Shown: piece after piece, positions 18,445 to 27,055 of the stretch
Layout of the letters: every line of letters begins with the position of its first letter
Position numbering within the stretch: the stretch's first letter is position 1
Origin: an uncultured Verrucomicrobiae bacterium
Lineage (GTDB): Bacteria > Verrucomicrobiota > Verrucomicrobiia > JADLBR01 > CALLMV01
Direction: 5' to 3'
Assembly: GCA_938005615.1 (NCBI GenBank)
Contig: CALLMV010000011.1
Span: 3,025-67,024, forward strand
DNA: 64,000 nucleotides
Notes under the pieces: model-generated
What the model saw: the letters and a program-made list of their open reading frames with translations, nothing else
What the model was told of the DNA's origin: nothing
The model's database searches: none
Made by a program: the position numbers and the translations under genes

Positions 18445-19905
18445 GTGAAATCCAGAACCAACTCCACCTGGGGAGGGCGCTTTTCCCAAGCGCCCGATCA
18501 GCTCCTGCGAGACTTCACAGAATCAGTCTCATGCGACAGCCGCATAGCTGTGCAGGATATCCTTTGCTCTTTAGCCCATGCCGCTATGCTTCACAAACAG
18601 GGCATATTAACACGAAAAGAATACACCTCTATCAGAAAACATCTTCAGAACATCCACAAAGAAATCGTCTCAGGAAAGCTTGTCTGGAAAACCGAGCTTG
18701 AAGACGTTCATATGAATATCGAGTCGGAACTTACCCGACGCACTGCGGCTGGAGCAAAACTCCACACCGGTCGGTCGCGTAACGACCAAGTCGCCACCGA
18801 CCTTAAACTTTGGATACTGGATACTAGCGCAAGCCTTCGCGGACACATCCGCCTAATGCAAACCGCACTTCTTCTCTGGGCTCAGCGCCAAGGGCACTTT
18901 ATCATGCCTGGCTACACCCACCTCCAGCGCGCCCAACCCATCCTTCTTGCTCATCACCTCCTAGCTTACATAGAAATGCTACAACGCGACATCGGGCGAT
19001 TTCTTGACTGTGAAAAACGCACCCGAAGCTGCCCGCTGGGTTCAGGAGCGCTTGCTGGCAGCACCTTGCCCTTAGATCGCAATCATACTGCAAAAGAGCT
19101 CGGCTTCATCGACAGCAACGGGCGTCCACTGCTCACAGCCAACTCACTGGACGCAGTCAGCGATCGGGACCACGCTGTAGAATTCCTCTCCGCCTGTGCA
19201 CTGTGCGGCATTCACATCAGCCGCCTCTGTGAAGATCTTGTCTTGTGGTCCACTTCTGAGTTTTGCTTCATCCGCATCGGGGATGCCTTCACTACAGGCT
19301 CTTCCCTCATGCCACAGAAAAAAAACCCAGATATTGCAGAGCTAGCCCGCGGAAAAACCGGCCGTCTCATTGGCAATCTCGTTAACCTCCTAGTCACCCT
19401 CAAAGCTCTTCCTCTCTCTTACAACCGCGATTTGCAGGAGGGTAAACCTCCAGTTTTTGACTCCGCAGAAACACTGAGCCGCACATTGCAAGTGCTAGCT
19501 GCCATGATACACAACACGAACGCCATCCAAAGCAATTGTGAAGCCGCAGCATCCGATCCGCTTCTGCTTGCCACGGATGTCGCGGATGAATTAGTCCGTC
19601 ACGGAGTTCCCTTTCGTGATGCCCATCATATCGTTGGTGCTGCAGTAGCATATAGCGAAAAAAACAATTGCTCGCTCTTCAATATCCCAGAGCAAGAGGC
19701 AAAGAAAATTTCTCCGCTTCTACCCAAAGCGCTATCAGCAGCCAACAAACCACCCAAGCAGCAATTGAAAAAACGCAATATGCCAGGAGCTCCCAACCCG
19801 GAGCTTGTCAAAAAAGAAATCCTGCGCTGGCAGAAAATTTTAGCATCCAGCTCCAAAGAATCGTCCTCCACGTTACGCGCTAGTCACACTACCCGCAGTA
19901 ACTAA
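18445..19905 (+). CDS. argH: Argininosuccinate lyase
   Basis: WGGRF, EDVHMNIE, LHTGRSRNDQ, PGYTHLQRAQP, TGSSLMPQKKNPD. Confidence 0.97.
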   Translation: MKSRTNSTWGGRFSQAPDQLLRDFTESVSCDSRIAVQDILCSLAHAAMLHKQGILTRKEYTSIRKHLQNIHKEIVSGKLVWKTELEDVHMNIESELTRRTAAGAKLHTGRSRNDQVATDLKLWILDTSASLRGHIRLMQTALLLWAQRQGHFIMPGYTHLQRAQPILLAHHLLAYIEMLQRDIGRFLDCEKRTRSCPLGSGALAGSTLPLDRNHTAKELGFIDSNGRPLLTANSLDAVSDRDHAVEFLSACALCGIHISRLCEDLVLWSTSEFCFIRIGDAFTTGSSLMPQKKNPDIAELARGKTGRLIGNLVNLLVTLKALPLSYNRDLQEGKPPVFDSAETLSRTLQVLAAMIHNTNAIQSNCEAAASDPLLLATDVADELVRHGVPFRDAHHIVGAAVAYSEKNNCSLFNIPEQEAKKISPLLPKALSAANKPPKQQLKKRNMPGAPNPELVKKEILRWQKILASSSKESSSTLRASHTTRSN

Positions 19906-19928
19906 ACCCGGTGAGTTGGAGCAGAAAT

Positions 19929-20002
19929 TTGCGGGGGCCGGATTTGAACCGGCGGCCTTCAGGTTATGAGCCTGACGAGCTACCTGGCTGCTCCACCCCG
20001 CA
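19929..20002 (-). tRNA. tRNA-Met(CAT), initiator type
   Basis: Minus strand TGCGGGGTGGAGCAGCCAGGTAGCTCGTCAGGCTCATAACCTGA...GGTTCAAATCCGGCCCCCGCAA, an fMet-type body. Confidence 0.93.
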
Positions 20003-20103
20003 TTTTTAATGTATCTTCTTTCATCCTCACTGGTCAACAGAATTTTGTCGTGTTGACATTTTTTTTATGTCACTTCAATAGTAACAAACTAAAAAATTAT
20101 CCT

Positions 20104-20274
20104 ATGCCCCGCGAACAAATCATCCTTGAATGCTCTGAAGCTGCCAAAGAAGGAAAACCAGCCTCCAGATACTACAGCACGCGCAACAAGCGAACTAACC
20201 AAGAAAAAGTCGAAAAGAAGAAATACAATCCTTTCCTCAAGCGCCGCACTATCCACCGCGAAGTCAAATCGTGA
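20104..20274 (+). CDS. rpmG: 50S ribosomal protein L33 (no CxxC pairs)
   Basis: MPREQIILEC...YYSTRNKRT...KKKYNPFLKRRTIHREVK, 56 aa. Confidence 0.95.
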   Translation: MPREQIILECSEAAKEGKPASRYYSTRNKRTNQEKVEKKKYNPFLKRRTIHREVKS

Positions 20275-20275
20275 A

Positions 20276-20731
20276 GTGTCCCTCCCAAAGACACGTCCAC
20301 AAAGTTCTCCAGCTGCACTGCTGAGGAGTCTTGGTTTGCGAGCCACTCCCTGCCGCTTGGCCATAATCTCTTTCCTCAAAGGCAAACATAGCCCCAAACA
20401 CCTTGCAGAAATCCACGCCGCGCTGGGTGCCCGATACGATCTGGCAACAATCTTCCGCAACTTGCGCGAATTTCATCATGCTGGACTCGTTAGCACTCAC
20501 GACATGGGTGACCGCAAAAAGTGGTTTTCCCTGACTATGCCCGGATCCCCTCACAAGCACTACTTGCGTTGCACCCTCTGTGGCGAAACCCGCGAAATCT
20601 CACAATGCCTTTGGCACGATGCGGACAGACACATCGCCCAGAAATACGGCTATAGACTAGTCAGCCACAAACTTGAATTCACAGGCATCTGCCCAGGCTG
20701 TACAACAGTCCACTCGACAAAAATCAGATAA
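20276..20731 (+). CDS. Fur-family metal-responsive regulator (Zur/Fur-like)
   Basis: GLRATPCRLAI, ATIFRNL helix, HKHYLRCTLCG, HKLEFTGICPGC. GTG start 1 nt after the rpmG stop. Confidence 0.92.
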   Translation: MSLPKTRPQSSPAALLRSLGLRATPCRLAIISFLKGKHSPKHLAEIHAALGARYDLATIFRNLREFHHAGLVSTHDMGDRKKWFSLTMPGSPHKHYLRCTLCGETREISQCLWHDADRHIAQKYGYRLVSHKLEFTGICPGCTTVHSTKIR

Positions 20732-20733
20732 CT

Positions 20734-21738
20734 ATGAAAAAACATCCAACCCAACGAATAACAGCCCTTGCTCTATTGATCGCATTCCTGAGCCTACTCA
20801 CTTTTCTAAAAGCAAATCCCGAACAATTTACAGTTGCCACTTTTAACGTTCAAAACTGGGGTCGTACAGGCAGGTTTCTAGACGGCGAGTTTCAGCAAAA
20901 TGTGATGAAACCTCAGAGCGAACGCGATGCAGTTATATCAATCATCCGTGAACTCAATGCTGACGTCATCATCGTTCAAGAAATCATCCTCGAAGAGGCC
21001 GAAATTAATGTGCGGGATATCATCTCCGCGCTCAAACGCTCTGGCATGGATTACCCACACAACCTCCTCAGTACCGGTTCGGACGGGCGCATCGGCATCC
21101 TCGTGCTCAGCCGCCTTCCTTTCCTAGAAAAAAATGTACTTAACGAAGATGAATATCGCTTGCGTGACGACACCGGTAAATTGCACGTCTTTCGTGTACA
21201 GCGTGGATTTGCCTACGTAGCTGTTGCCCCACAAAAGGGCATGAGAATAGATATCCTTGGTGCCCACTTTAAAAGCCGACTCCCCCACTCTGTCTTCAAG
21301 AACGACGAACAAGGAATATCCGGAGAGCTCCAAATGCGACGCCAGGAAGCCTTGTTGCTCCGCAGTCACGTGCTAAAAATTTTGCATGAACGCCCGGACG
21401 CTCACATCATCGTCGCCGGTGACCTGAACGACACTACCAGGCACCGCAACAATCCGCCCGGCCCTATCGAAATCCTCGCAGGCCAATTTGGGGAACCCAA
21501 CCGACTCACCATCCTTGATATCACAGACAACGTCGGCGACTACTGGACGCACTACTTTCACGCCCAAAGATCCTATGACCGCATTGATATGATTCTCGTC
21601 ACGCAGAACCTCGCCTCAAGCTTCATCTCGGAAAAATCTTTTGTTTATCGCAAAAGTCCTAACGGCCCCGATTGGCGCGACGCCTCAGACCATCGAGCAG
21701 TTCGCGCTGTGTTCCGTATCGAAGGCAGTACAAACTAA
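20734..21738 (+). CDS. Secreted endonuclease/exonuclease/phosphatase (EEP) family protein
   Basis: Signal peptide; ATFNVQN, VQEI, HFKS, AGDLND, RIDMIL, ASDH motifs. Confidence 0.9.
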   Translation: MKKHPTQRITALALLIAFLSLLTFLKANPEQFTVATFNVQNWGRTGRFLDGEFQQNVMKPQSERDAVISIIRELNADVIIVQEIILEEAEINVRDIISALKRSGMDYPHNLLSTGSDGRIGILVLSRLPFLEKNVLNEDEYRLRDDTGKLHVFRVQRGFAYVAVAPQKGMRIDILGAHFKSRLPHSVFKNDEQGISGELQMRRQEALLLRSHVLKILHERPDAHIIVAGDLNDTTRHRNNPPGPIEILAGQFGEPNRLTILDITDNVGDYWTHYFHAQRSYDRIDMILVTQNLASSFISEKSFVYRKSPNGPDWRDASDHRAVRAVFRIEGSTN

Positions 21739-21741
21739 ACG

Positions 21742-23397
21742 GTGTCGCAGTTAAAAATAGCAGTGCACTCCACTCTACAAGTCCCCCCCACTTACACCTC
21801 TCGCATCAGCCGAGAAGCCGCACGCCGCCGCACTTTTGCCATCATCTCCCATCCCGACGCCGGGAAAACCACGCTCACAGAAAAATTCCTCCTCTACGGG
21901 GGGGCCCTTCACCTAGCCGGCAGCGTGACTGCACGTAAAAACCAACGTGCCGCCACAAGTGATTGGATGGCTCTTGAACGCGAACGCGGAATTTCCATCA
22001 CCTCCACTGTCCTCCAGTTCGAGTATCGCGACCGGGTCATCAACCTGCTGGACACCCCGGGCCACCGCGATTTTTCTGAAGATACCTACCGCGTACTCAC
22101 TGCAGTGGATGCGGCTGTTATGGTCATCGATGCGGGCAAAGGCATCGAATCGCAGACACGCAAACTCTTTGAAGTCTGCCGCAAACGCGGTGTACCCATC
22201 TTCACATTCATGAACAAACTCGACCGTCCGGCCCGCAGCCCTGTGGAGCTCTGCGACGAACTGGAATCTGTACTCGGCATTGCTGCCTGTCCCATGAACT
22301 GGCCATTGGGCGATGGAGCAGACTTTCGGGGTGTGTACGACCGCCTGCAAAAACAAGTACATCTCTTCGAGCGCACACCGGGCGGAGCCTACCGCGCGCC
22401 TGTGCAAGTCGCCGGTCTCGAGGATCCCGCTGTGCGAAATACTCTCTCTGAATCCGTCTACGCTCGCGCCACGGAAGAGTTGGAACTGCTCACCGGTGCC
22501 GGGGCCGAATTTGATCACAGACGTGTCCTGTCTGGTGAACTCACCCCTGTCTTTTTTGGCAGCGCCGCTAACAACTTTGGAGTCCAACTCCTGCTCGACA
22601 ATTTTACAGAACTCGCACCCCAGCCACTCCCTCGCCGTGCACAGCAGCGCCTCGTACATCCGGAAGAAGAGACCTTCTCCGGCTTTGTCTTTAAAATCCA
22701 AGCCAACATGAATCCCCGTCATCGAGATCGCATGACGTTTATCCGCATCGTCTCTGGACGCTTCGAACGTGACATGACGGTGACCCAGGCCTCCACTGGC
22801 AAAAAAATCCGCCTTTCCAACGCCCAAAAAATGTTCGCCCAAGACCGAGAGACCCTCGACGAAGCTTGGCCTGGAGACGTCATCGGCATCGTCGGCAACC
22901 ACGACTTCACCATTGGCGAAACCCTCTCGCCCGACGGCCTGCTTTCGTTTCACGAAATTCCGCGATTTGCCCCGGAATGCTTCGCCCTGCTCATCAACAA
23001 CAGCACTGCCAAATACAAACGCTTTCGCGAAGGGCTTGACCAACTCCTCAAAGAGGGTGTCGCGCAGCTCTTCGAACTGGAACAATCCCATCAAAAAATC
23101 CCACTCATTGGTGCTGTAGGTCCCCTGCAATTCGAGGTGCTTCACCACCGCCTTACAGAGGAATACGGTGCGGACTGCCGCATCGAAAACGCCGCTTGGA
23201 ATACCGTGCGCTGGCTTAGGCACAAGCACTCCGCAAACACCGCCACCTTGCCCCCATTACCCAGTGGGGCGACTTTCGCGCGTGATCCGGCCAACCGCCT
23301 TGTCGCCCTGTTTACCAGTGATTGGTCCGCACGTTTCTTTGCAGAGCAGAATCCGGAATGGATCTGTGAGAGCCAACCTCTTGAGTCAAATTCCTGA
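21742..23397 (+). CDS. prfC: Peptide chain release factor 3
   Basis: RRRTFAIISHPDAGKTTLTEK, SDWM..ERERGISI, DTPGH.DFSEDTYR, FKIQANMNP.HRDR. Exact start uncertain. Confidence 0.97.
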   Translation: MSQLKIAVHSTLQVPPTYTSRISREAARRRTFAIISHPDAGKTTLTEKFLLYGGALHLAGSVTARKNQRAATSDWMALERERGISITSTVLQFEYRDRVINLLDTPGHRDFSEDTYRVLTAVDAAVMVIDAGKGIESQTRKLFEVCRKRGVPIFTFMNKLDRPARSPVELCDELESVLGIAACPMNWPLGDGADFRGVYDRLQKQVHLFERTPGGAYRAPVQVAGLEDPAVRNTLSESVYARATEELELLTGAGAEFDHRRVLSGELTPVFFGSAANNFGVQLLLDNFTELAPQPLPRRAQQRLVHPEEETFSGFVFKIQANMNPRHRDRMTFIRIVSGRFERDMTVTQASTGKKIRLSNAQKMFAQDRETLDEAWPGDVIGIVGNHDFTIGETLSPDGLLSFHEIPRFAPECFALLINNSTAKYKRFREGLDQLLKEGVAQLFELEQSHQKIPLIGAVGPLQFEVLHHRLTEEYGADCRIENAAWNTVRWLRHKHSANTATLPPLPSGATFARDPANRLVALFTSDWSARFFAEQNPEWICESQPLESNS

Positions 23398-23434
23398 AGC
23401 TGAATGGGCTATCACACCCTACGAGCCTTTTGAC

Positions 23435-23506
23435 TGGGCGGTGAGGGGTTCGAACCCCCGACCCTCCGAGTGTAAATCGGATGCTCTACCACTAAGCTAA
23501 CCGCCC
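23435..23506 (-). tRNA. tRNA-Val(TAC)
   Basis: Minus strand GGGCGGTTAGCTTAGTGGTAGAGCATCCGATTTACACTCGGA...GGTTCGAACCCCTCACCGCCCA. Confidence 0.96.
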
Positions 23507-23510
23507 TGAG

Positions 23511-24002
23511 TTAAAAGGGGACGTAAGCAGCACGTCCGTCTCCCTTCACCTCAATTATACCGTTGCCGTGGATTGCGACAACCTCAAAAAAAATGGTATA
23601 TCGTGCTGCATCTATTTGATTGAGATCAAAGTAGCGCACACCGGTAGAGGCGAAATGAAAGTCACCTGCCAATTCGGGCTGTCGTCGCTCTATGGCCGGG
23701 CATTGGAAGTGCATTTTTCTGATCCCATAGGGTGCCAGAAGGTGTGCCACCATGTCCATATGTGTTGGGAAGTAGTCATTGAGATTCACGTTGTCCGATT
23801 TATGTTCCGCCACATAGCTCAAACTAGCTTGCCCGAGCTTGCCGCGAAGTGAAAGGCATTGGACAAAGTTAGTAGTATTCATAGCCGAATTTACTACTGG
23901 GAAGGACAAAGCGACTAAGATTGATATCACTGAAATGGTAACCAGGGCCTCCACGAGGGAAAGCCCTGTCTGCAAAGCGAACTGCCTGCTTCTCACAGGC
24001 AT
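23511..24002 (-). CDS. Prepilin-type N-terminal cleavage/methylation protein with H-X9-DG motif
   Basis: Class III signal G|LSLVEALVTISVISILVAL, FQCP, and C-terminal H-GNGIIEVKG-DG. Confidence 0.88.
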   Translation of the reverse strand: MPVRSRQFALQTGLSLVEALVTISVISILVALSFPVVNSAMNTTNFVQCLSLRGKLGQASLSYVAEHKSDNVNLNDYFPTHMDMVAHLLAPYGIRKMHFQCPAIERRQPELAGDFHFASTGVRYFDLNQIDAARYTIFFEVVAIHGNGIIEVKGDGRAAYVPF

Positions 24003-24008
24003 GAGAGT

Positions 24009-24632
24009 TTACCGGAAGATTTTGACTCTACCGATGCCTTGGAGGGCTTGGCCGCCAGCAACTTCGATGATGGTAGTGCTGTTTCCTGTCACGTCTATCG
24101 GTCCCATAGATGACTGTAGAGTAAAGACGGAGAATATCTGGGAGTTATCGTCGCGATAGTTGATCGATCTGAAAAATTTTCCCGCAGTCACTTTCACATT
24201 TTTGAGAATCCCTTCCTGAGTAAACTGAACATCTGAGCCGCTGCCTATTTTTTGTGCGGAATAGCTAAATGTGTAGCTTATATCATTTGCCCGGTTGATA
24301 ATGGGGCTTGCCAAGCTAGGGCCAGGTGACAAGGGAAAAACACTAAACGTGGCTGCAGAGATGGGATTAGATAACCCGCCCAAGAACATCCTTCCATTTG
24401 CGCCGCCGGTTACAAAACCAAACTCTGTAAATGCCAAAGAAAAGTTAAACAGGCCAGATACGTTTATCCCAAAACTTGGACCTGGGTTGTAGATGTGAAA
24501 AACGGGGAAAACGATCGCCGAGTAACTACCTACGGCGCCTGAACCAAACCTGAAGCTTTGTGCTTGGGATGAGGTGGTAGCCGTTGCCAGTATTGCTGCT
24601 GCTAACAATGTGGTTAATGTCATTTTTTTCAT
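24009..24632 (-). CDS. Secreted beta-rich hypothetical protein
   Basis: Sec signal MKKMTLTTLLAAAILATATTSSQA|Q, AAGGAG upstream, G/S/F-rich mature part. Confidence 0.85.
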   Translation of the reverse strand: MKKMTLTTLLAAAILATATTSSQAQSFRFGSGAVGSYSAIVFPVFHIYNPGPSFGINVSGLFNFSLAFTEFGFVTGGANGRMFLGGLSNPISAATFSVFPLSPGPSLASPIINRANDISYTFSYSAQKIGSGSDVQFTQEGILKNVKVTAGKFFRSINYRDDNSQIFSVFTLQSSMGPIDVTGNSTTIIEVAGGQALQGIGRVKIFR

Positions 24633-24646
24633 TTATCATTTCTCCT

Positions 24647-27049
24647 TTAGTTGAGTGATTTGAGCTGTTCGAGAGTAAGTGTTTCTATAGGGTTAAGAAA
24701 TTCACCAGTTGGAGTGATTAGTCTTGGGCTAACGAAAATCATGAGGTTTTTCTTGATAACTCTACTAACTTTAGACCGAAAGAGGCGACCAATCAAGGGA
24801 ATATCTCCAACAATCGGCACTTTGTCGTTGATGGTTTGATTATCTTCGCGAAGAAGTCCGCCAAGTACGAGTGTTTGTCCGTCAAAGACCTGCACGCTCG
24901 TGCGTATGGTGCGGGTATTGAAAACAGGCATATTGATGATATTAGGAGTCAAAGGCAAATTAGCATTTCTGTTTAAGGGATTTAAAATAGGCTCACCGTA
25001 ATTGATAAACCCTTCGAACTCTGTAACTTCTGGGATAAGATCCATGCTGATAGTAAAGTTGTCAGGACCAACTTGGGGGCGGACATCGAGGACGACACCG
25101 ACTTCTTTTTCTTCAAACTCTGCTGGGAAGGAAGGAGCAACTACGGGTGTAGCAATTTGGGTTCCTCCACCTCCGCCGCCGCCTCCTCCACCAGTGTTAT
25201 TAAAATTTTGGGGAAATTCTGGCTTGTCGTACTCGCTGGGGTAGTAGAAGCGGCGGATAATTTTGATATTAGCGCGCTCGCCGGAGCGTGCGATGACTTT
25301 GGGTGCGGAAAGCACGTCAAAGCCATTCTTCTGCGAGAGTGCGCGTATCATGACGTCGAAATTGTATCCCACGGCCTGAACGGCAAAGTTCAGCTTGTTA
25401 GAGATGGGATCAGTGTTTGCGCCGCGATTGGCGTTTAGCAGGGCATCAATGGAGCGGGTAGGCAGGTCGAGAGAAGTTCTCAAACCGTTGAGGTTGTTGA
25501 GGCCGTTCATGTTATTGTCGGAGAGGTCGCCACGGGCGTAAGTATAATTGCCGTCCTTGACGACGTTCATCGCGGTTGAAATTTCGTCGAGATCGGACTG
25601 ATTAATTTCAGTAAATTTAGTCTCGATCATGACTTGGGGTACAACTTCGAGGTCTGAGCCAATGAGCATGTCTATGATTTCGATTTGCTGCGGGGTGTTG
25701 CGGACGGTGAGCCGTCCAGTCGCGCTGGAATAAACGACGGATGAGCCCGCGGCATCAAAGCTCACACCACGACTAATGAGTGCCTGTTTGACATCAAGAG
25801 TACCAGCTGTGGTAATGTTGTCCTGGAGTTGCACCCTGCGACGTCTGCCGGTGCCCGTCTCTTCTGCTCTGGCGGCTGAAGTGGTTAGGAAGTCGGGGCG
25901 TACTAGGTAATCCTTGGTGATGAGTTGGTTGGTCTCGGCGGTCAGTGGAACAATGGTGATGGCGAATTCGCCAATTTGAAATTTAACGTTGGCAAGTTGG
26001 CAGGCGTATCTGAGCACTTCGAGCATGGGCATATCGGTCACAGTCATCGTCACGTCTCTGGTCTCAGTATCACCTACGCGGGATACGAAGTTGAATCCGC
26101 GTTTGTCTGGAGAGGGGTCAAGCTCTTTGCTGCGGATGTTCAGGAAGTTGATGACGTCGCCGATGCTGGCTTGATTGAAGGAGACACGTGGAACGATCAT
26201 TTGGGATAGTCTCCGCTCGATGGATTGGGTGCTGCTTTGGTCTATCACAGTACCCCCACCTTGGTAGGCAGCCACGACCTCCTGAGGAATTGGGCTTTCC
26301 CAGGCAGCGTTAACTTCGGTGAGTCGCTCCTCACGGGTGCTGAGTTTGGCAGCGCGAGCGTGGCGCATTTTTTGGTCGTAAACACGGCGGAGCATTTGCC
26401 GTGCTGTTCTGTTGTAGGGGTCAACTACGAGCACTTGTTGAAACTTGCTCTCTGCAGCATCAAACTGACCTGTTTTGAGGAAAGCCTCGCCCTCGGAGAG
26501 TAGGTTCTTTACTTCAACGATGCTGCGCATGAGGCGCGGAGTGACTGCTGCACCTTCGGGCCAGATGACTTCATTATCCGGACCGACTTCCACGCCCATA
26601 GCCGCATAGAGCTCGCGGCGCAAACGCAACACACGGGAGTTTTCAGGCGCGTAAGCGTAGGCTTCCTCGAGGCGTTCACGGGCGATGTTTAGGTCATCGG
26701 CGACGAGTGATTCTCGGGCTAGTTCGACAAGGCAGATGGCTATGCTGTCGTAGATGCGAGCCTGGAGTTCCGCGGAGCGAGGCGCAAGAGGCGGCAGCAG
26801 AGTTGAAGCCGAGCGTAAAATGGGAAGTGCCTCGCTGTATTTGTTTTGCGCCATGAGATCCACAGATTCGTTGTAGAGTTCCTGGGCACGAACGGCGGCA
26901 TCCTCTCTTTTTTGTCTTTCATTTTGGACAATTTGCGTGGCTGTTTGAGCCTCGGCAGGGATGCTCTGAAGCACTGCCAATCCAACCAGGGTGATGATAG
27001 TAACTGTGGGTTTCATATTTTGAGTTGTGTTGTTTTTGATTGTTCTCAT
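24647..27049 (-). CDS. Secretin, Amuc_1098-like (copy 2), with N-terminal TPR-like region
   Basis: QVMIETKFTE, LSAPKV, GVVLDVRPQV, EFEGFINYGEPI, DGQTLVLGGL, DKVPIVGDIPLIGRLFRS. Alternative start at 27016. Confidence 0.93.
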   Translation of the reverse strand: MRTIKNNTTQNMKPTVTIITLVGLAVLQSIPAEAQTATQIVQNERQKREDAAVRAQELYNESVDLMAQNKYSEALPILRSASTLLPPLAPRSAELQARIYDSIAICLVELARESLVADDLNIARERLEEAYAYAPENSRVLRLRRELYAAMGVEVGPDNEVIWPEGAAVTPRLMRSIVEVKNLLSEGEAFLKTGQFDAAESKFQQVLVVDPYNRTARQMLRRVYDQKMRHARAAKLSTREERLTEVNAAWESPIPQEVVAAYQGGGTVIDQSSTQSIERRLSQMIVPRVSFNQASIGDVINFLNIRSKELDPSPDKRGFNFVSRVGDTETRDVTMTVTDMPMLEVLRYACQLANVKFQIGEFAITIVPLTAETNQLITKDYLVRPDFLTTSAARAEETGTGRRRRVQLQDNITTAGTLDVKQALISRGVSFDAAGSSVVYSSATGRLTVRNTPQQIEIIDMLIGSDLEVVPQVMIETKFTEINQSDLDEISTAMNVVKDGNYTYARGDLSDNNMNGLNNLNGLRTSLDLPTRSIDALLNANRGANTDPISNKLNFAVQAVGYNFDVMIRALSQKNGFDVLSAPKVIARSGERANIKIIRRFYYPSEYDKPEFPQNFNNTGGGGGGGGGGTQIATPVVAPSFPAEFEEKEVGVVLDVRPQVGPDNFTISMDLIPEVTEFEGFINYGEPILNPLNRNANLPLTPNIINMPVFNTRTIRTSVQVFDGQTLVLGGLLREDNQTINDKVPIVGDIPLIGRLFRSKVSRVIKKNLMIFVSPRLITPTGEFLNPIETLTLEQLKSLN

Positions 27050-27055
27050 GAGCGT

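Noticed and set aside
19966-20275. N-terminal extensions of rpmG (from 19966) and the Fur-family gene (from 20126)
   Set aside because: They overlap tRNA-Met and rpmG respectively. Starts at 20104 and 20276 fit family lengths.
1707-23229. Antisense ORFs over feoB, aspS, dnaB, lpxD and prfC (258-489 aa)
   Set aside because: They fully overlap well-supported genes on the opposite strand and show no motifs.
16670-23506. tRNA-anchored integrative element
   Set aside because: No integrase and no duplicated tRNA 3' end seen in the window.
25163-25192. Gly10 run in secretin 2 as a phase-variable repeat
   Set aside because: Encoded by mixed GGT/GGA/GGC codons in frame, so it is a flexible loop rather than a slippage tract.
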